Assembly: GCA_963698075.1 (NCBI GenBank)
Contig: OY969116.1
Location: 313,010 to 377,009, forward strand
Length of the DNA stretch: 64,000 nucleotides
Direction: 5' to 3'
From: an uncultured Candidatus Berkelbacteria bacterium
Lineage (GTDB): Bacteria > Patescibacteriota > UBA1384 > UBA12157 > JAENIV01
The translations under genes and the position numbers were made by a program. Under the pieces are notes generated by a model. The model saw only the letters and a program-made list of their open reading frames with translations. It ran no database searches and was not told the origin of the DNA. This document shows, one piece after another, positions 29,302 through 38,062 of the stretch; the stretch's first letter is position 1; each line of letters begins with the position of its first letter.

Positions 29302-29919
29302 TTATTTATTAACATAAAAAGAATAAGTACCGGTTGGTGGCGTTCTTAAGACATAACCAGTAGTGATTGCATAGTAAGTATGATCTCCTGCTCGCATTTT
29401 TTTGGTATAAACGCAAGAAGAAGCAGTACAAGTCTTGACTACCCTATTATCAAGGTAAATCTTGATTGTTTTCACCCAATGATTGGGATCATTAGCTACT
29501 TGGGCAGTCAGGCTAACATAAGTAAACCGGTTGGGATTAGTCGGCGACTCTGAAACAGAAAGTTGTGGCGGGGCTGTTGGCGAAACACTGGGCGAAGGCG
29601 TGGGAGTTGATGGACTTGGTGATTCGATTGGCTTGGAAGAGGACGTCGGACTGGTTATTGGCGACGGTGATGGGGATGGAGTAAAAATAGTCGTCAGAAT
29701 CGTATTGGAAGAAATTGAATGACTATTGCCAGATGAATCTTGATAACTCAATAGGGCCGTGTTGGAGATAGAATTAGTCAGAGCCAAAGGATTTATCCTA
29801 CCAATTACCGCTGCCAAAATAATTCCGGCACAAATTAAAATTATAAAGATAAGAAATAATTCATAAATTAATTTTTGTCTTTTTGGAAGAGTCCGAAGTT
29901 TTCTAAAAAAATTATTCAT
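29302..29919 (-). CDS. Leader + DUF11 terminal-strand segment + P/S/T linker + Ig-like domain
   Basis: TM helix, ISNTALLSYQD...SNTILTTI, PSPS linker, IKIYLD..VKTC..SSCVY. Confidence 0.75.
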   Translation of the reverse strand: MNNFFRKLRTLPKRQKLIYELFLIFIILICAGIILAAVIGRINPLALTNSISNTALLSYQDSSGNSHSISSNTILTTIFTPSPSPSPITSPTSSSKPIESPSPSTPTPSPSVSPTAPPQLSVSESPTNPNRFTYVSLTAQVANDPNHWVKTIKIYLDNRVVKTCTASSCVYTKKMRAGDHTYYAITTGYVLRTPPTGTYSFYVNK

Positions 29920-29964
29920 CGCCCTCCTTGAGAGCTTAGATAATTTCTTGGTTCAAATTTAATA

Positions 29965-31164
29965 CTATTTCAGTTCATTGTCAAGATTTTTAATCCATGC
30001 TGAAATTTTTTGAGTTTTTAATTCCTTTGAACCGCGAATTCTTGCGGTGATATTTTCCGCTTTTTCCTCTTTATCACCAACAACAATAATATAGGGTATC
30101 TTTTGTAATTCGGCGTCGCGGATTTTTTTGTTGATCGATTCGTTGCGGTCATCAATTTCCAATCTTACCTCGCCCATTTCTTTGGCGACTTTTTTAGCAT
30201 AGTCAAGGTGCTTTTCCGATACCGGCAAAATTACCGTCTGTACTGGTGAAAGCCACGCCGGCAATGCACCGGCAGTATGTTCCAATAAAACCGCGATAAA
30301 CCGTTCCACTGATCCCAAAATCGCCCGATGGATAATTACAGGATGTTTTTTGGCGCCACTTTTGTCAATATAATTGGCATCCAATCTTTCAGCCGTGGCA
30401 AAATCAAGCTGGATCGTCCCCATCTGCCACGAACGACCAATTGAATCTTTGACATGGAAATCAATTTTCGGACCGTAAAAAGCCCCCTCGCCTTTATTTT
30501 CTTTATATTCAATTTTCGCATCTTTAAGAGCTTTAATTAAACCGGCTTCAGCCTTCCGCCACTGTTCGTCTGTGCCAATTGATTTTTCTGGCCGAGTGGA
30601 AAGCTCAATTTTCACATCTTCAAAGCCGTATCTTTTGTAAGTTTCATAGACAAAATCAATCATCCCCAAAATTTCCTCTTCCATTTTATCCTCGGTGCAA
30701 TAAACATGGGCATCATCGATCGTCAATGCCCGCGCCCGCAATAGTCCATTAACTTCCCCCGGTTGTTCATAACGATAAACTGTACCAATCTCAGAAAATT
30801 TCATTGGCAGATCTTTATAAGAACGCATTTCTTCATTGAAAATAATAATTGAACCAGGACAATTCATTGGCTTAAGACACCAGTTGACTTTTTTCCCGGC
30901 CATCTCCTTTTCATTGCCAACAAAAAAGAGCTTCTCACGATAATTATCGTAGTGACCGCTGGCTTTGAGAGTTTCTAAACTAATAATTGTCGGGGTAATG
31001 AGATCCCGGTATCCTTGCTCGGCCAATTTCTTCTTGAGATCATTCACAATTAAGTTAAAAAGTATCGTCCCTTTAGGCCACCAATAACAAGTCCCGGGCA
31101 CAGTTCGGGAAAAACTAAATAATCCTAATTTTCGGCCAATTTCTTTGTGATCGACTGCTGGCAT
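29965..31164 (-). CDS. thrS: Threonine--tRNA ligase lacking N-terminal editing domains
   Basis: DHKEIGRKLGLF, LKPMNCP, YRYE, GAFYGPKID, IHRAILGSVERF. Confidence 0.96.
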   Translation of the reverse strand: MPAVDHKEIGRKLGLFSFSRTVPGTCYWWPKGTILFNLIVNDLKKKLAEQGYRDLITPTIISLETLKASGHYDNYREKLFFVGNEKEMAGKKVNWCLKPMNCPGSIIIFNEEMRSYKDLPMKFSEIGTVYRYEQPGEVNGLLRARALTIDDAHVYCTEDKMEEEILGMIDFVYETYKRYGFEDVKIELSTRPEKSIGTDEQWRKAEAGLIKALKDAKIEYKENKGEGAFYGPKIDFHVKDSIGRSWQMGTIQLDFATAERLDANYIDKSGAKKHPVIIHRAILGSVERFIAVLLEHTAGALPAWLSPVQTVILPVSEKHLDYAKKVAKEMGEVRLEIDDRNESINKKIRDAELQKIPYIIVVGDKEEKAENITARIRGSKELKTQKISAWIKNLDNELK

Positions 31165-31226
31165 AACTTCTCCTATAAATATTCTACTACAATAATTCTC
31201 TGGATACAAGGAGAAGTTAAGATAGT

Positions 31227-31886
31227 TCAGTCAAATTTGGGGTTGAGAACTTGCCAAATTTTTTCAGCGATCTCTCGACGCGAAAGAATCTGATTATTTT
31301 TGACGCAATTTATTCGGTGCCAAGTTTTTTTGGCTTGTGAAAGATGAAGGTATTCTAAGCGGGTTTTTTTTAAATAATCTAAATTTTCTTCATGAATATC
31401 TTTCTTTATGCCTCTGCCATCCACCAATTCGCGGCTAATCTCCACCGGCACATCTAAATAAATTACTTGATCAGCGCGTGGGATGGCAAAAACTTTAAAT
31501 TCCATCTCGTTAAGCCACTGAAGAAATTTTTTCCGCTCTGATGGCGATTTTATTTTGGCGCCCTGATGAGCCATATTCGATTCGGTATAACGATTGGCAA
31601 TAACGATATAGCCATCATTGAGATATTTTTCGATTTTCTCTTTGGCTCGCCAACGGTCAGCGGCATAAAGAATCGAGGCCAAATAGCCGCTGACTTCATC
31701 AACTCCCCCAAATTCGCCATCCAAATATCGCCGGATAACTTTGCCAAAAAAATCATTATATTGAGGAAAATTTATGAGTACTACTTTTTTCTTTAGTTTT
31801 TTAAGGCGTTTGATTAACATTTCGGCTTGCGTTTTTTTCCCCGAACCATCAACCCCATCAATTACGATAAGTTTTCCTTTATTCAA
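31227..31886 (-). CDS. tmk: Thymidylate kinase
   Basis: IVIDGVDGSGKKTQ, FPQY, LYAADR, NRY..SNMAHQG. Confidence 0.92.
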   Translation of the reverse strand: MNKGKLIVIDGVDGSGKKTQAEMLIKRLKKLKKKVVLINFPQYNDFFGKVIRRYLDGEFGGVDEVSGYLASILYAADRWRAKEKIEKYLNDGYIVIANRYTESNMAHQGAKIKSPSERKKFLQWLNEMEFKVFAIPRADQVIYLDVPVEISRELVDGRGIKKDIHEENLDYLKKTRLEYLHLSQAKKTWHRINCVKNNQILSRREIAEKIWQVLNPKFD

Positions 31887-32537
31887 TTAATTCTCCTTTA
31901 TTTCTTTGTCCAATTCTTTGTAAAATTTCAACATAAAATTAGCGCGTTTCTTTGATATTTTTCTAGAAATAGAAAAGTTTAAATTTTCCCATTTTTTGAT
32001 ACCATCTCTGCGAAGCTGATCGAGCAAACTATGGTCAAGCCAGACTTCTTTTGTGTTAGGAACAGATGCCGGATTAAATATTGGAAAACCCATTTCGCCA
32101 AACCAATATGAGAATCTAGCCACGCCAATAGCGCCAATAGCCTCAATCCGATCTGCGTCCTGTATTATTTTTGTTTCAACATGGTCTGTTGGTTCATGAT
32201 CATGGCCCCAAGAAAAATTATCGTGCAAGCGAATAGTTTCGAGAACCTCAGCAATTTTATCTTTTGGAAAACCAACTTCATTAAGCCACTTTTTTGCCAA
32301 TTTCATTCCATAAACTGGGTGGTTCTTAGCATCCTGTTCGTGATTTTTATATCCAACATCATGCAAAAGTGCGCCCGCATAAACAACATCTTTATCGCAT
32401 TTAATATTTTTTGCTATTTTTAATGCGTTTTTTTGCGTGCGTAGATGGTGGTAAAAATCATGACAGGCGGTATATTCATTAAGATAGTTTTTCAGTTTTA
32501 ATGAGAGTTCTTTTTTCCAATGTTTGCTATTTGACAT
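31887..32537 (-). CDS. HD-domain phosphohydrolase
   Basis: HDFYH, LLHDVG, QDADRIEAIGAIGVAR. Confidence 0.88.
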   Translation of the reverse strand: MSNSKHWKKELSLKLKNYLNEYTACHDFYHHLRTQKNALKIAKNIKCDKDVVYAGALLHDVGYKNHEQDAKNHPVYGMKLAKKWLNEVGFPKDKIAEVLETIRLHDNFSWGHDHEPTDHVETKIIQDADRIEAIGAIGVARFSYWFGEMGFPIFNPASVPNTKEVWLDHSLLDQLRRDGIKKWENLNFSISRKISKKRANFMLKFYKELDKEIKEN

Positions 32538-33225
32538 GAGACATTAATTTGATTGATTTATCTTTTTTAGGCAAGCCGCAATTTTTTTCGTCTTCCCAAC
32601 AAATTCCTTCGGTTTTGCAAGTTGGACCGGCATATTTGAAAATTGTCGGAGCAACTTTCATCAATTCTTTATGCATCAAATAAGCCATGCTGCGAATTTC
32701 CCACTGCGCTCGATTACACATTCTTCTTGCCAAAAAATTAAACAATGAACGGGCGTTCATAGTGATAACAATTTTGACATCTGTCGCATTTGGTAAAATA
32801 AAACGAGCGTCTTCTTTTGGAATACCTAAATTAATTAATCTTTCGTAAACCATTCCCAAATTGTAAATCGTATAGTCAAAAAGTTTAAAAGCTTCTTCGT
32901 TGGAACGAATGGTTGGAGGAATAACAAACCCGAAATTTTTTCCGTTGATGTAACGCTGTGATTGTTGCGAATAACTTGCAATTCTATGACGAACTAATTC
33001 ATGAGTTAATACGCGCGATACCTCTTCAACAGCAAAAGTAAAAGAAACGTGTTCAATGGTTGAAGTGTGACCGCCGGCAATAACCATTTTAATTAATTTG
33101 GTTCTTTCTGCTTCAGTTAATTTTTCTTTTATTTGTTCGGCTGAGTTAGGCGAATAACATTGACGAATCGCTGCGGCCACCACTTTTTCGGGATCTTTAG
33201 TGTAGGAAATTAATTTTACTTTCAT
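32527..33225 (-). CDS. thyX: FAD-dependent thymidylate synthase
   Basis: GHTSTIEH, HELVRHRIASYSQQSQRY, EDARFILP, AQWEIR. Confidence 0.97.
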   Translation of the reverse strand: MKVKLISYTKDPEKVVAAAIRQCYSPNSAEQIKEKLTEAERTKLIKMVIAGGHTSTIEHVSFTFAVEEVSRVLTHELVRHRIASYSQQSQRYINGKNFGFVIPPTIRSNEEAFKLFDYTIYNLGMVYERLINLGIPKEDARFILPNATDVKIVITMNARSLFNFLARRMCNRAQWEIRSMAYLMHKELMKVAPTIFKYAGPTCKTEGICWEDEKNCGLPKKDKSIKLMSHVK

Positions 33226-33227
33226 AA

Positions 33228-34466
33228 TTATTTTTTAATCGGAAATTTCTGACAAAGTCTCGAAACTTCTTTTTTGATTTTTTCTTTCGGCATTTCTTGC
33301 TTCAAAGTTACATAAATTAATTCTGCCACTTTTGCCATTTCTTTTTCTTTCATCCCCCGGGTGGTTAAAGTCGGCGTGCCAACTCGAATACCGGAACCAA
33401 TAAACGGCTTTTCCGGGTCGTTGGGAATGGTATTTTTATTAACGACAATCCCTACTTCTTCTAACATATTTTGGGCTTCTTTGCCCTTGATTTTAATGGA
33501 CCGTAGGTCTACGAGCATCAAATGATTATCCGTTCCGCCACTTACTATACGTAGCCCCAGTTTTTGCAAGGCTTTGGCCAACGCTTTGGCATTTTTAACA
33601 ATTTGTCTTGTATAAACTTTAAAATCCGGATCCATGGCTTCGGCGAAACATACCGCCTTTGACGCGATTTGATGTTCATGCGGACCGCCTTGAGAGCCGG
33701 GGAACACCGCCCGATCAACTTGCTCAGCGAATTCCTTGCGAGTAATGATAATGCCCCCACGTGGCCCTCGCAGGGTTTTATGAGTAGTTGTAGTGACAAC
33801 GTCAGCATACGGGAAACACGAAGGATGGACTCCGCCCACAATCAAACCGGCAATGTGAGCGATATCAGCGAATAGAAGCGCGCCAACTGATTTCGCAATT
33901 TCGCCGAACTTTTTAAAATCAATAATTCGCGAATAAGCGGTTGCTCCGCAAACAATCATTTTTGGTTTTTCCCGCTTCGCAATTTTTGCTATCTCATCAT
34001 AGTCCAGTGTTTCTGACTCGGGATCAACACCATAGGCAACAAAATTGTACGCTTTGCCAACTAAACTAATTGGCAGACCGTGTGAAATATGCCCACCTTG
34101 GTCAAGTCGCATTCCCATTATTTTATCGCCGAATTCTAAAAAAGCAAAATAAACCGCAATATTGGCAGGTGTGCCGGAATAGGGCTGAACATTGGCATGC
34201 CATTTTGCGGGCGTTAGTTTAAAAATTTTTAAAACACGTTCTATTGCCAAATCCTCGATTTTGTCAATAATTTTGTTACCGCCATAATATCGGGCGTGTG
34301 GTTTACCTTCGGCATATTTATCGTTAAAAACCGAACCCAGCGCTTCTCGGACTTCGGCGCTGGTAATATTTTCAGAAGGAATTAATTCCAAAACATTTTC
34401 TTGGCGATCCTCTTCGGCCGCAATCAGCTTGGCCACCTTTGGGTCATTTGATTTTAAGCTCATCAT
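33228..34466 (-). CDS. glyA: Serine hydroxymethyltransferase
   Basis: LIPSEN, KYAEG, TTTTHKTLRGPRGG, GGTDNHL. Confidence 0.98.
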   Translation of the reverse strand: MMSLKSNDPKVAKLIAAEEDRQENVLELIPSENITSAEVREALGSVFNDKYAEGKPHARYYGGNKIIDKIEDLAIERVLKIFKLTPAKWHANVQPYSGTPANIAVYFAFLEFGDKIMGMRLDQGGHISHGLPISLVGKAYNFVAYGVDPESETLDYDEIAKIAKREKPKMIVCGATAYSRIIDFKKFGEIAKSVGALLFADIAHIAGLIVGGVHPSCFPYADVVTTTTHKTLRGPRGGIIITRKEFAEQVDRAVFPGSQGGPHEHQIASKAVCFAEAMDPDFKVYTRQIVKNAKALAKALQKLGLRIVSGGTDNHLMLVDLRSIKIKGKEAQNMLEEVGIVVNKNTIPNDPEKPFIGSGIRVGTPTLTTRGMKEKEMAKVAELIYVTLKQEMPKEKIKKEVSRLCQKFPIKK

Positions 34467-34990
34467 TGCCTTTCATACTTTTCGATCTTGTCTTCTAAAA
34501 CTCTTAATTTAACTTTGGCCTTTTTAAAAATTCTTCTGGTTTCTTGTCCCGCGTGATACTTTCTTAATGCCACAACTTCTTTAATACCACTATTGACAAT
34601 CATTTTAGCACAGGTTGAACATGGCTCCATCTTAATATAAATTGTTGCGCCCTCTATTGAAGTACCAAATTTAGCCGCTTGACAAATGGCATTTTGTTCG
34701 GCATGAATTGTCCGAACGCAATGTTCGGAAATTTTTCCCTCTTCATCAATGACTTTCCTCATGTCATGACCAACGTCGTCGCAATGGGGTTGACCAATTG
34801 CTGAGCCAACGTAACCGGTTGATAAAATGCGTCGGTCTTTGACAATCACCGCCGCCGATCTACCTCTGTCACAAGTTGACCGGTTGGCAACTGTCTGCAT
34901 CACCGAAATAAAATATTCATCCCAACTCGGCCGTTTGTATTTGACCTTTTTGTCTATTTTCCTTTTTGTCTTTTTATCTCTATTTGGCAT
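34463..34990 (-). CDS. dCMP deaminase (ComEB family)
   Basis: RPSWDEYF, RSTCDR, HAEQNAI, PCSTC. Confidence 0.93.
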   Translation of the reverse strand: MPNRDKKTKRKIDKKVKYKRPSWDEYFISVMQTVANRSTCDRGRSAAVIVKDRRILSTGYVGSAIGQPHCDDVGHDMRKVIDEEGKISEHCVRTIHAEQNAICQAAKFGTSIEGATIYIKMEPCSTCAKMIVNSGIKEVVALRKYHAGQETRRIFKKAKVKLRVLEDKIEKYERQ

Positions 34991-35561
34991 TGATTTTTCT
35001 CCAAAGTTTTTCCAAATTATCGGCTAATTCTTTTTTTGTTTCTTCATTCACAATCGTATAATCAGCCATGGCGATCGGACCGCCTTTGTTCAAATTTTCC
35101 AGTTCGGCTCGGTCGCGCGCTCTTGCCTCATCTAAACTAAATGAACGATATTTCATCAAAGGATCAGCCCCGTGTTTTCGCGAACGTCCACCAAGTCTTT
35201 TATAGCGCGTTTCCGGGCTCGAGTAAACTGCCAGGCAAATAAAATTTTTGTAGCGTTTTTTAAAGGCTAAATATTCTTCCCACGAATAAAGACCATCAAC
35301 AATAATATCTCCTTTAAGTTTATCAATTTTCGGAAAATTTAAAGTGGCAAACGCAGCCATTCCATATTTTTTTCGGAAACCTTCGCGGATTGGCCGTTCA
35401 TTTTTTTCCGTCGGTTCCAGTCCCCGTCGCTTAACTTCATCTAAAGTGATTTGCCCAAGCCGAATATAACCAAAACCCTTGCGGACAAAAAAATCCGCCA
35501 CTTCACTTTTACCTGCCCCCGGCATGCCGACAATCGCAATAATTTTTCGCATGCTGTTCAT
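34980..35561 (-). CDS. P-loop nucleotide kinase (archaeal dephospho-CoA kinase-like family)
   Basis: VGMPGAGKS, VDGLYSWEE, RDRAE..GGPIAMAD. Confidence 0.75.
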   Translation of the reverse strand: MNSMRKIIAIVGMPGAGKSEVADFFVRKGFGYIRLGQITLDEVKRRGLEPTEKNERPIREGFRKKYGMAAFATLNFPKIDKLKGDIIVDGLYSWEEYLAFKKRYKNFICLAVYSSPETRYKRLGGRSRKHGADPLMKYRSFSLDEARARDRAELENLNKGGPIAMADYTIVNEETKKELADNLEKLWRKINAK

Positions 35562-35983
35562 CTTCTCCCCGTGCTTCCAAAACCTCTTTGCCCTCGCCTA
35601 GAATCGGACAAACTTTTAACTTCTTTTATTTTTGCTCGGATGATTGGTTGGATTAATAATTGAGCAATGCGTTCGCCCTTGCTAATTTTAACTCTTTTTT
35701 TGGATAAATTCCAAAGAGCAATTCCAATCTCTCCACGATAGCCAGCATCAATGACGCCGCCCAAGGAAATTAAACCCTCTTTTGTTGCTAAACCACTTCG
35801 TTCCCAAATTAAGCCGGCGAATTTTTTTGGAATTTCTACAGCTAATCCAGAGCTAAATGTATACCGTTCCCCGGGCTTGAGAATTTTATCTTCGATACTA
35901 TATATATCCATGCCGGCGTCGCCGGCGTGAGAATATTTCGGTAAAATCGCTTTAGATAATAATTTCTTGAATTTGATTAACAC
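35558..35983 (-). CDS. dut: dUTP diphosphatase
   Basis: DAGMDI, RSGLA, GVIDAGYRGE, RIAQL, RGQRGFGSTG. Confidence 0.96.
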   Translation of the reverse strand: MLIKFKKLLSKAILPKYSHAGDAGMDIYSIEDKILKPGERYTFSSGLAVEIPKKFAGLIWERSGLATKEGLISLGGVIDAGYRGEIGIALWNLSKKRVKISKGERIAQLLIQPIIRAKIKEVKSLSDSRRGQRGFGSTGRR

Positions 35984-36043
35984 AACTGCCTTTATAGTAT
36001 TTAGGGACTAAAATTTTGTCAAATAATCAGGTATAATAGATTT

Positions 36044-36463
36044 ATGAGACCCATTGCTTTTAATCGTCGCGCCTTGCACGACTATCATATTTTGGAAAAA
36101 TTTGAAGCAGGAATCGTTCTCACTGGTGAGGAAATTAAAGCCATCCGCGCCCATCGTGCCAATTTAGCCGGCGCCTTTTGTCGAATCCAACAAAATGAAG
36201 CCTGGATATTAAATCTGCATATTGCCAATACCAAAGAACCAGAACGAACACGAAAACTTTTATTACATAAAAACGAAATCCAATCTCTAATCGGCAAAAC
36301 CCAACAAAAAGGCTTATCGCTAATAGCGCTCTCGCTCTATATCAAAAAAAATCATGCCAAATTAGAACTCGCTCTTGCTCGCGGCAAAAAACTCCACGAC
36401 CGCCGCGAAGAACTCAAAAAACGTGATATCTCGCGCCAGACGGAAAGAGAATTAAAAGAATAG
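36044..36463 (+). CDS. smpB: SsrA-binding protein
   Basis: NRRALHDYHI..FEAGIVLTG.EIK, RKLLLHK, GKKLHDRRE. Confidence 0.97.
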   Translation: MRPIAFNRRALHDYHILEKFEAGIVLTGEEIKAIRAHRANLAGAFCRIQQNEAWILNLHIANTKEPERTRKLLLHKNEIQSLIGKTQQKGLSLIALSLYIKKNHAKLELALARGKKLHDRREELKKRDISRQTERELKE

Positions 36464-36499
36464 CGTTGTTATCTGACTATTTTTCGTTTAAGAAAACAC

Positions 36500-36523
36500 T
36501 CCGATATTCTGCAGAATATCGGA
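36500..36523. repeat. Perfect 24-bp palindrome between convergent genes
   Basis: TCCGATATTCTG-CAGAATATCGGA. Confidence 0.7.
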
Positions 36524-36537
36524 ATATCTGTTATGAA

Positions 36538-37053
36538 CTATAACTTGTAAATGAATACTTTTCTGCTATTTATATGGTATTCAGTGCCATTTTGCAGAGC
36601 TTTAATCGGGAATCCTACCGAAATCAGACGGCTTCCGGCTTTGAGCTCGCTTTTGAATTTCGGGGCCAATTTCGAAAGCATTTCTGGCATTAAATAGCAG
36701 TAAACCACATCAGCCTTGGAAAAATCTAACTTGAAGATATTTTGATAGCGAATCTCAATGTTTTGGAATTTGGCCGTACGGATTTTAGTTAATATATAAT
36801 AGTAGGGGGAAATTTCTATTCCCCGTCCTTTTGCTCCCATTTTCGCCGCCTCAATTAACACATCGCCATTACCGCAACCGAGATCATAGAAAATTTCACC
36901 TTTTGCGAGGCCGGCTAATTTAAGCGCCTGGCGAATAACAATTTTATTTGCCATCACATAGGGACTGCCAAAAATCACTGAAATAAGATTAGACGCTTGC
37001 CAAAACAATAAACCGAACGATACTATCGCTAAAATTATTAAGAGAACTATCAT
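36538..37053 (-). CDS. Membrane-anchored class I SAM-dependent methyltransferase
   Basis: GSPYV, YDLGCGNG, GIEISP, ADVVYCYL. Confidence 0.88.
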   Translation of the reverse strand: MIVLLIILAIVSFGLLFWQASNLISVIFGSPYVMANKIVIRQALKLAGLAKGEIFYDLGCGNGDVLIEAAKMGAKGRGIEISPYYYILTKIRTAKFQNIEIRYQNIFKLDFSKADVVYCYLMPEMLSKLAPKFKSELKAGSRLISVGFPIKALQNGTEYHINSRKVFIYKL

Positions 37054-37093
37054 ATCTCTATTGTAGTTTAGAAATTAGAAATTAGAAATTTCT

Positions 37094-37840
37094 TTAGTAG
37101 ATGTATCCCTTAATCGCGCCGTATGAGTATGAGATGGAAATCGTTCTTGAGGTAATTTTGGCAAAACCGCTATAATTCATTTCCGAAATCGTAATTGTCC
37201 CATCGTTATTAACCGCTTCGACAATCCCAACATGTCCAAAACGGCTTTCCGAGGTGACAATAATGGCGCCAACTTGGGGAACATTGCCGGTCGCAAAACC
37301 GGCGGCTCTTGCCCCAGAAAGCCATGTGCCGGCATTGCCAAACCACGGAATGTTGCGGCGCGAGGCAACATAATAAGTACAATAGCCGTAGGCGAAATGA
37401 TTGCGACCATCATTGGCTAATTTTACCGTGGGTTTAACCGTTTTGGCTGAGACCGAAGATTTTGGTAAGAGTTTGGCTGGAGTCACTTTTTCAGTAATTT
37501 GAGTCTCGGCGACCAATGGTTTTGAGAGAAAGCCATCGGGTGATAAAACTACCGGCTCTTCGCCAGCATCGGTCTTATTTAGTGACCCTGGAGTGACATT
37601 TTTAATCGCCTCTTTGGCCAAACCAAGATTGGCATCCAAAGGGCTGGCTGCGTGGGCGCGAGGAATTTCAAATGAACCAACTAGAATTCCCAGAATCATT
37701 AAAGCCCCTACCCCAAGTAATCTGAGGTAAATTTGAGAACGATTTAATTGTGATATTGGTAAATTGTAATTTTCTTTTTGTTTGAGGCTAATTTTGGCTG
37801 ACTGCTTTTCCCCTTTAACCGCGCTGGCGGATATACAAAT
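37094..37840 (-). CDS. CHAP-domain peptidoglycan amidase (probable ATT start)
   Basis: YGYCTYYV, WFGNAGTW, GHVGIVE, ISEMNY; frame open upstream to ATT 5 nt after GGGAGGT. Confidence 0.85.
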   Translation of the reverse strand: MCISASAVKGEKQSAKISLKQKENYNLPISQLNRSQIYLRLLGVGALMILGILVGSFEIPRAHAASPLDANLGLAKEAIKNVTPGSLNKTDAGEEPVVLSPDGFLSKPLVAETQITEKVTPAKLLPKSSVSAKTVKPTVKLANDGRNHFAYGYCTYYVASRRNIPWFGNAGTWLSGARAAGFATGNVPQVGAIIVTSESRFGHVGIVEAVNNDGTITISEMNYSGFAKITSRTISISYSYGAIKGYIY

Positions 37841-38023
37841 AATATACCTCCCAAAATCGAAGAAATAACTGGTTTCCCGTCCTTGTGAAGGTGCTCTGAA
37901 ACAACTATTCTCTCCGATATGTGCCTTTACGACAACACGTTTTCCATTCTATCAAAGGAGTCAATTTTGTCAAGGGTCAAGATCCCTCCTGTTAAAAAAG
38001 GCAACCAGTAGACTGTGGATAAC

Positions 38024-38052
38024 TTGACTAGCTATCAAAAAAGTGCTATAAT
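38024..38052 (+). promoter_or_regulatory. Promoter of tmRNA gene; a DnaA-box match (TGTGGATAA, 38014-38022) lies just upstream
   Basis: TTGACT-17 nt-TATAAT. Confidence 0.75.
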
Positions 38053-38062
38053 TTTAAGCGAT

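Noticed and set aside
37860-37945. c-di-GMP or c-di-AMP riboswitch ahead of the CHAP gene
   Set aside because: The consensus elements of either class could not be matched by eye.
38014-38022. DnaA box as sign of oriC
   Set aside because: Only a single box noticed; no box cluster or dnaA/dnaN nearby.
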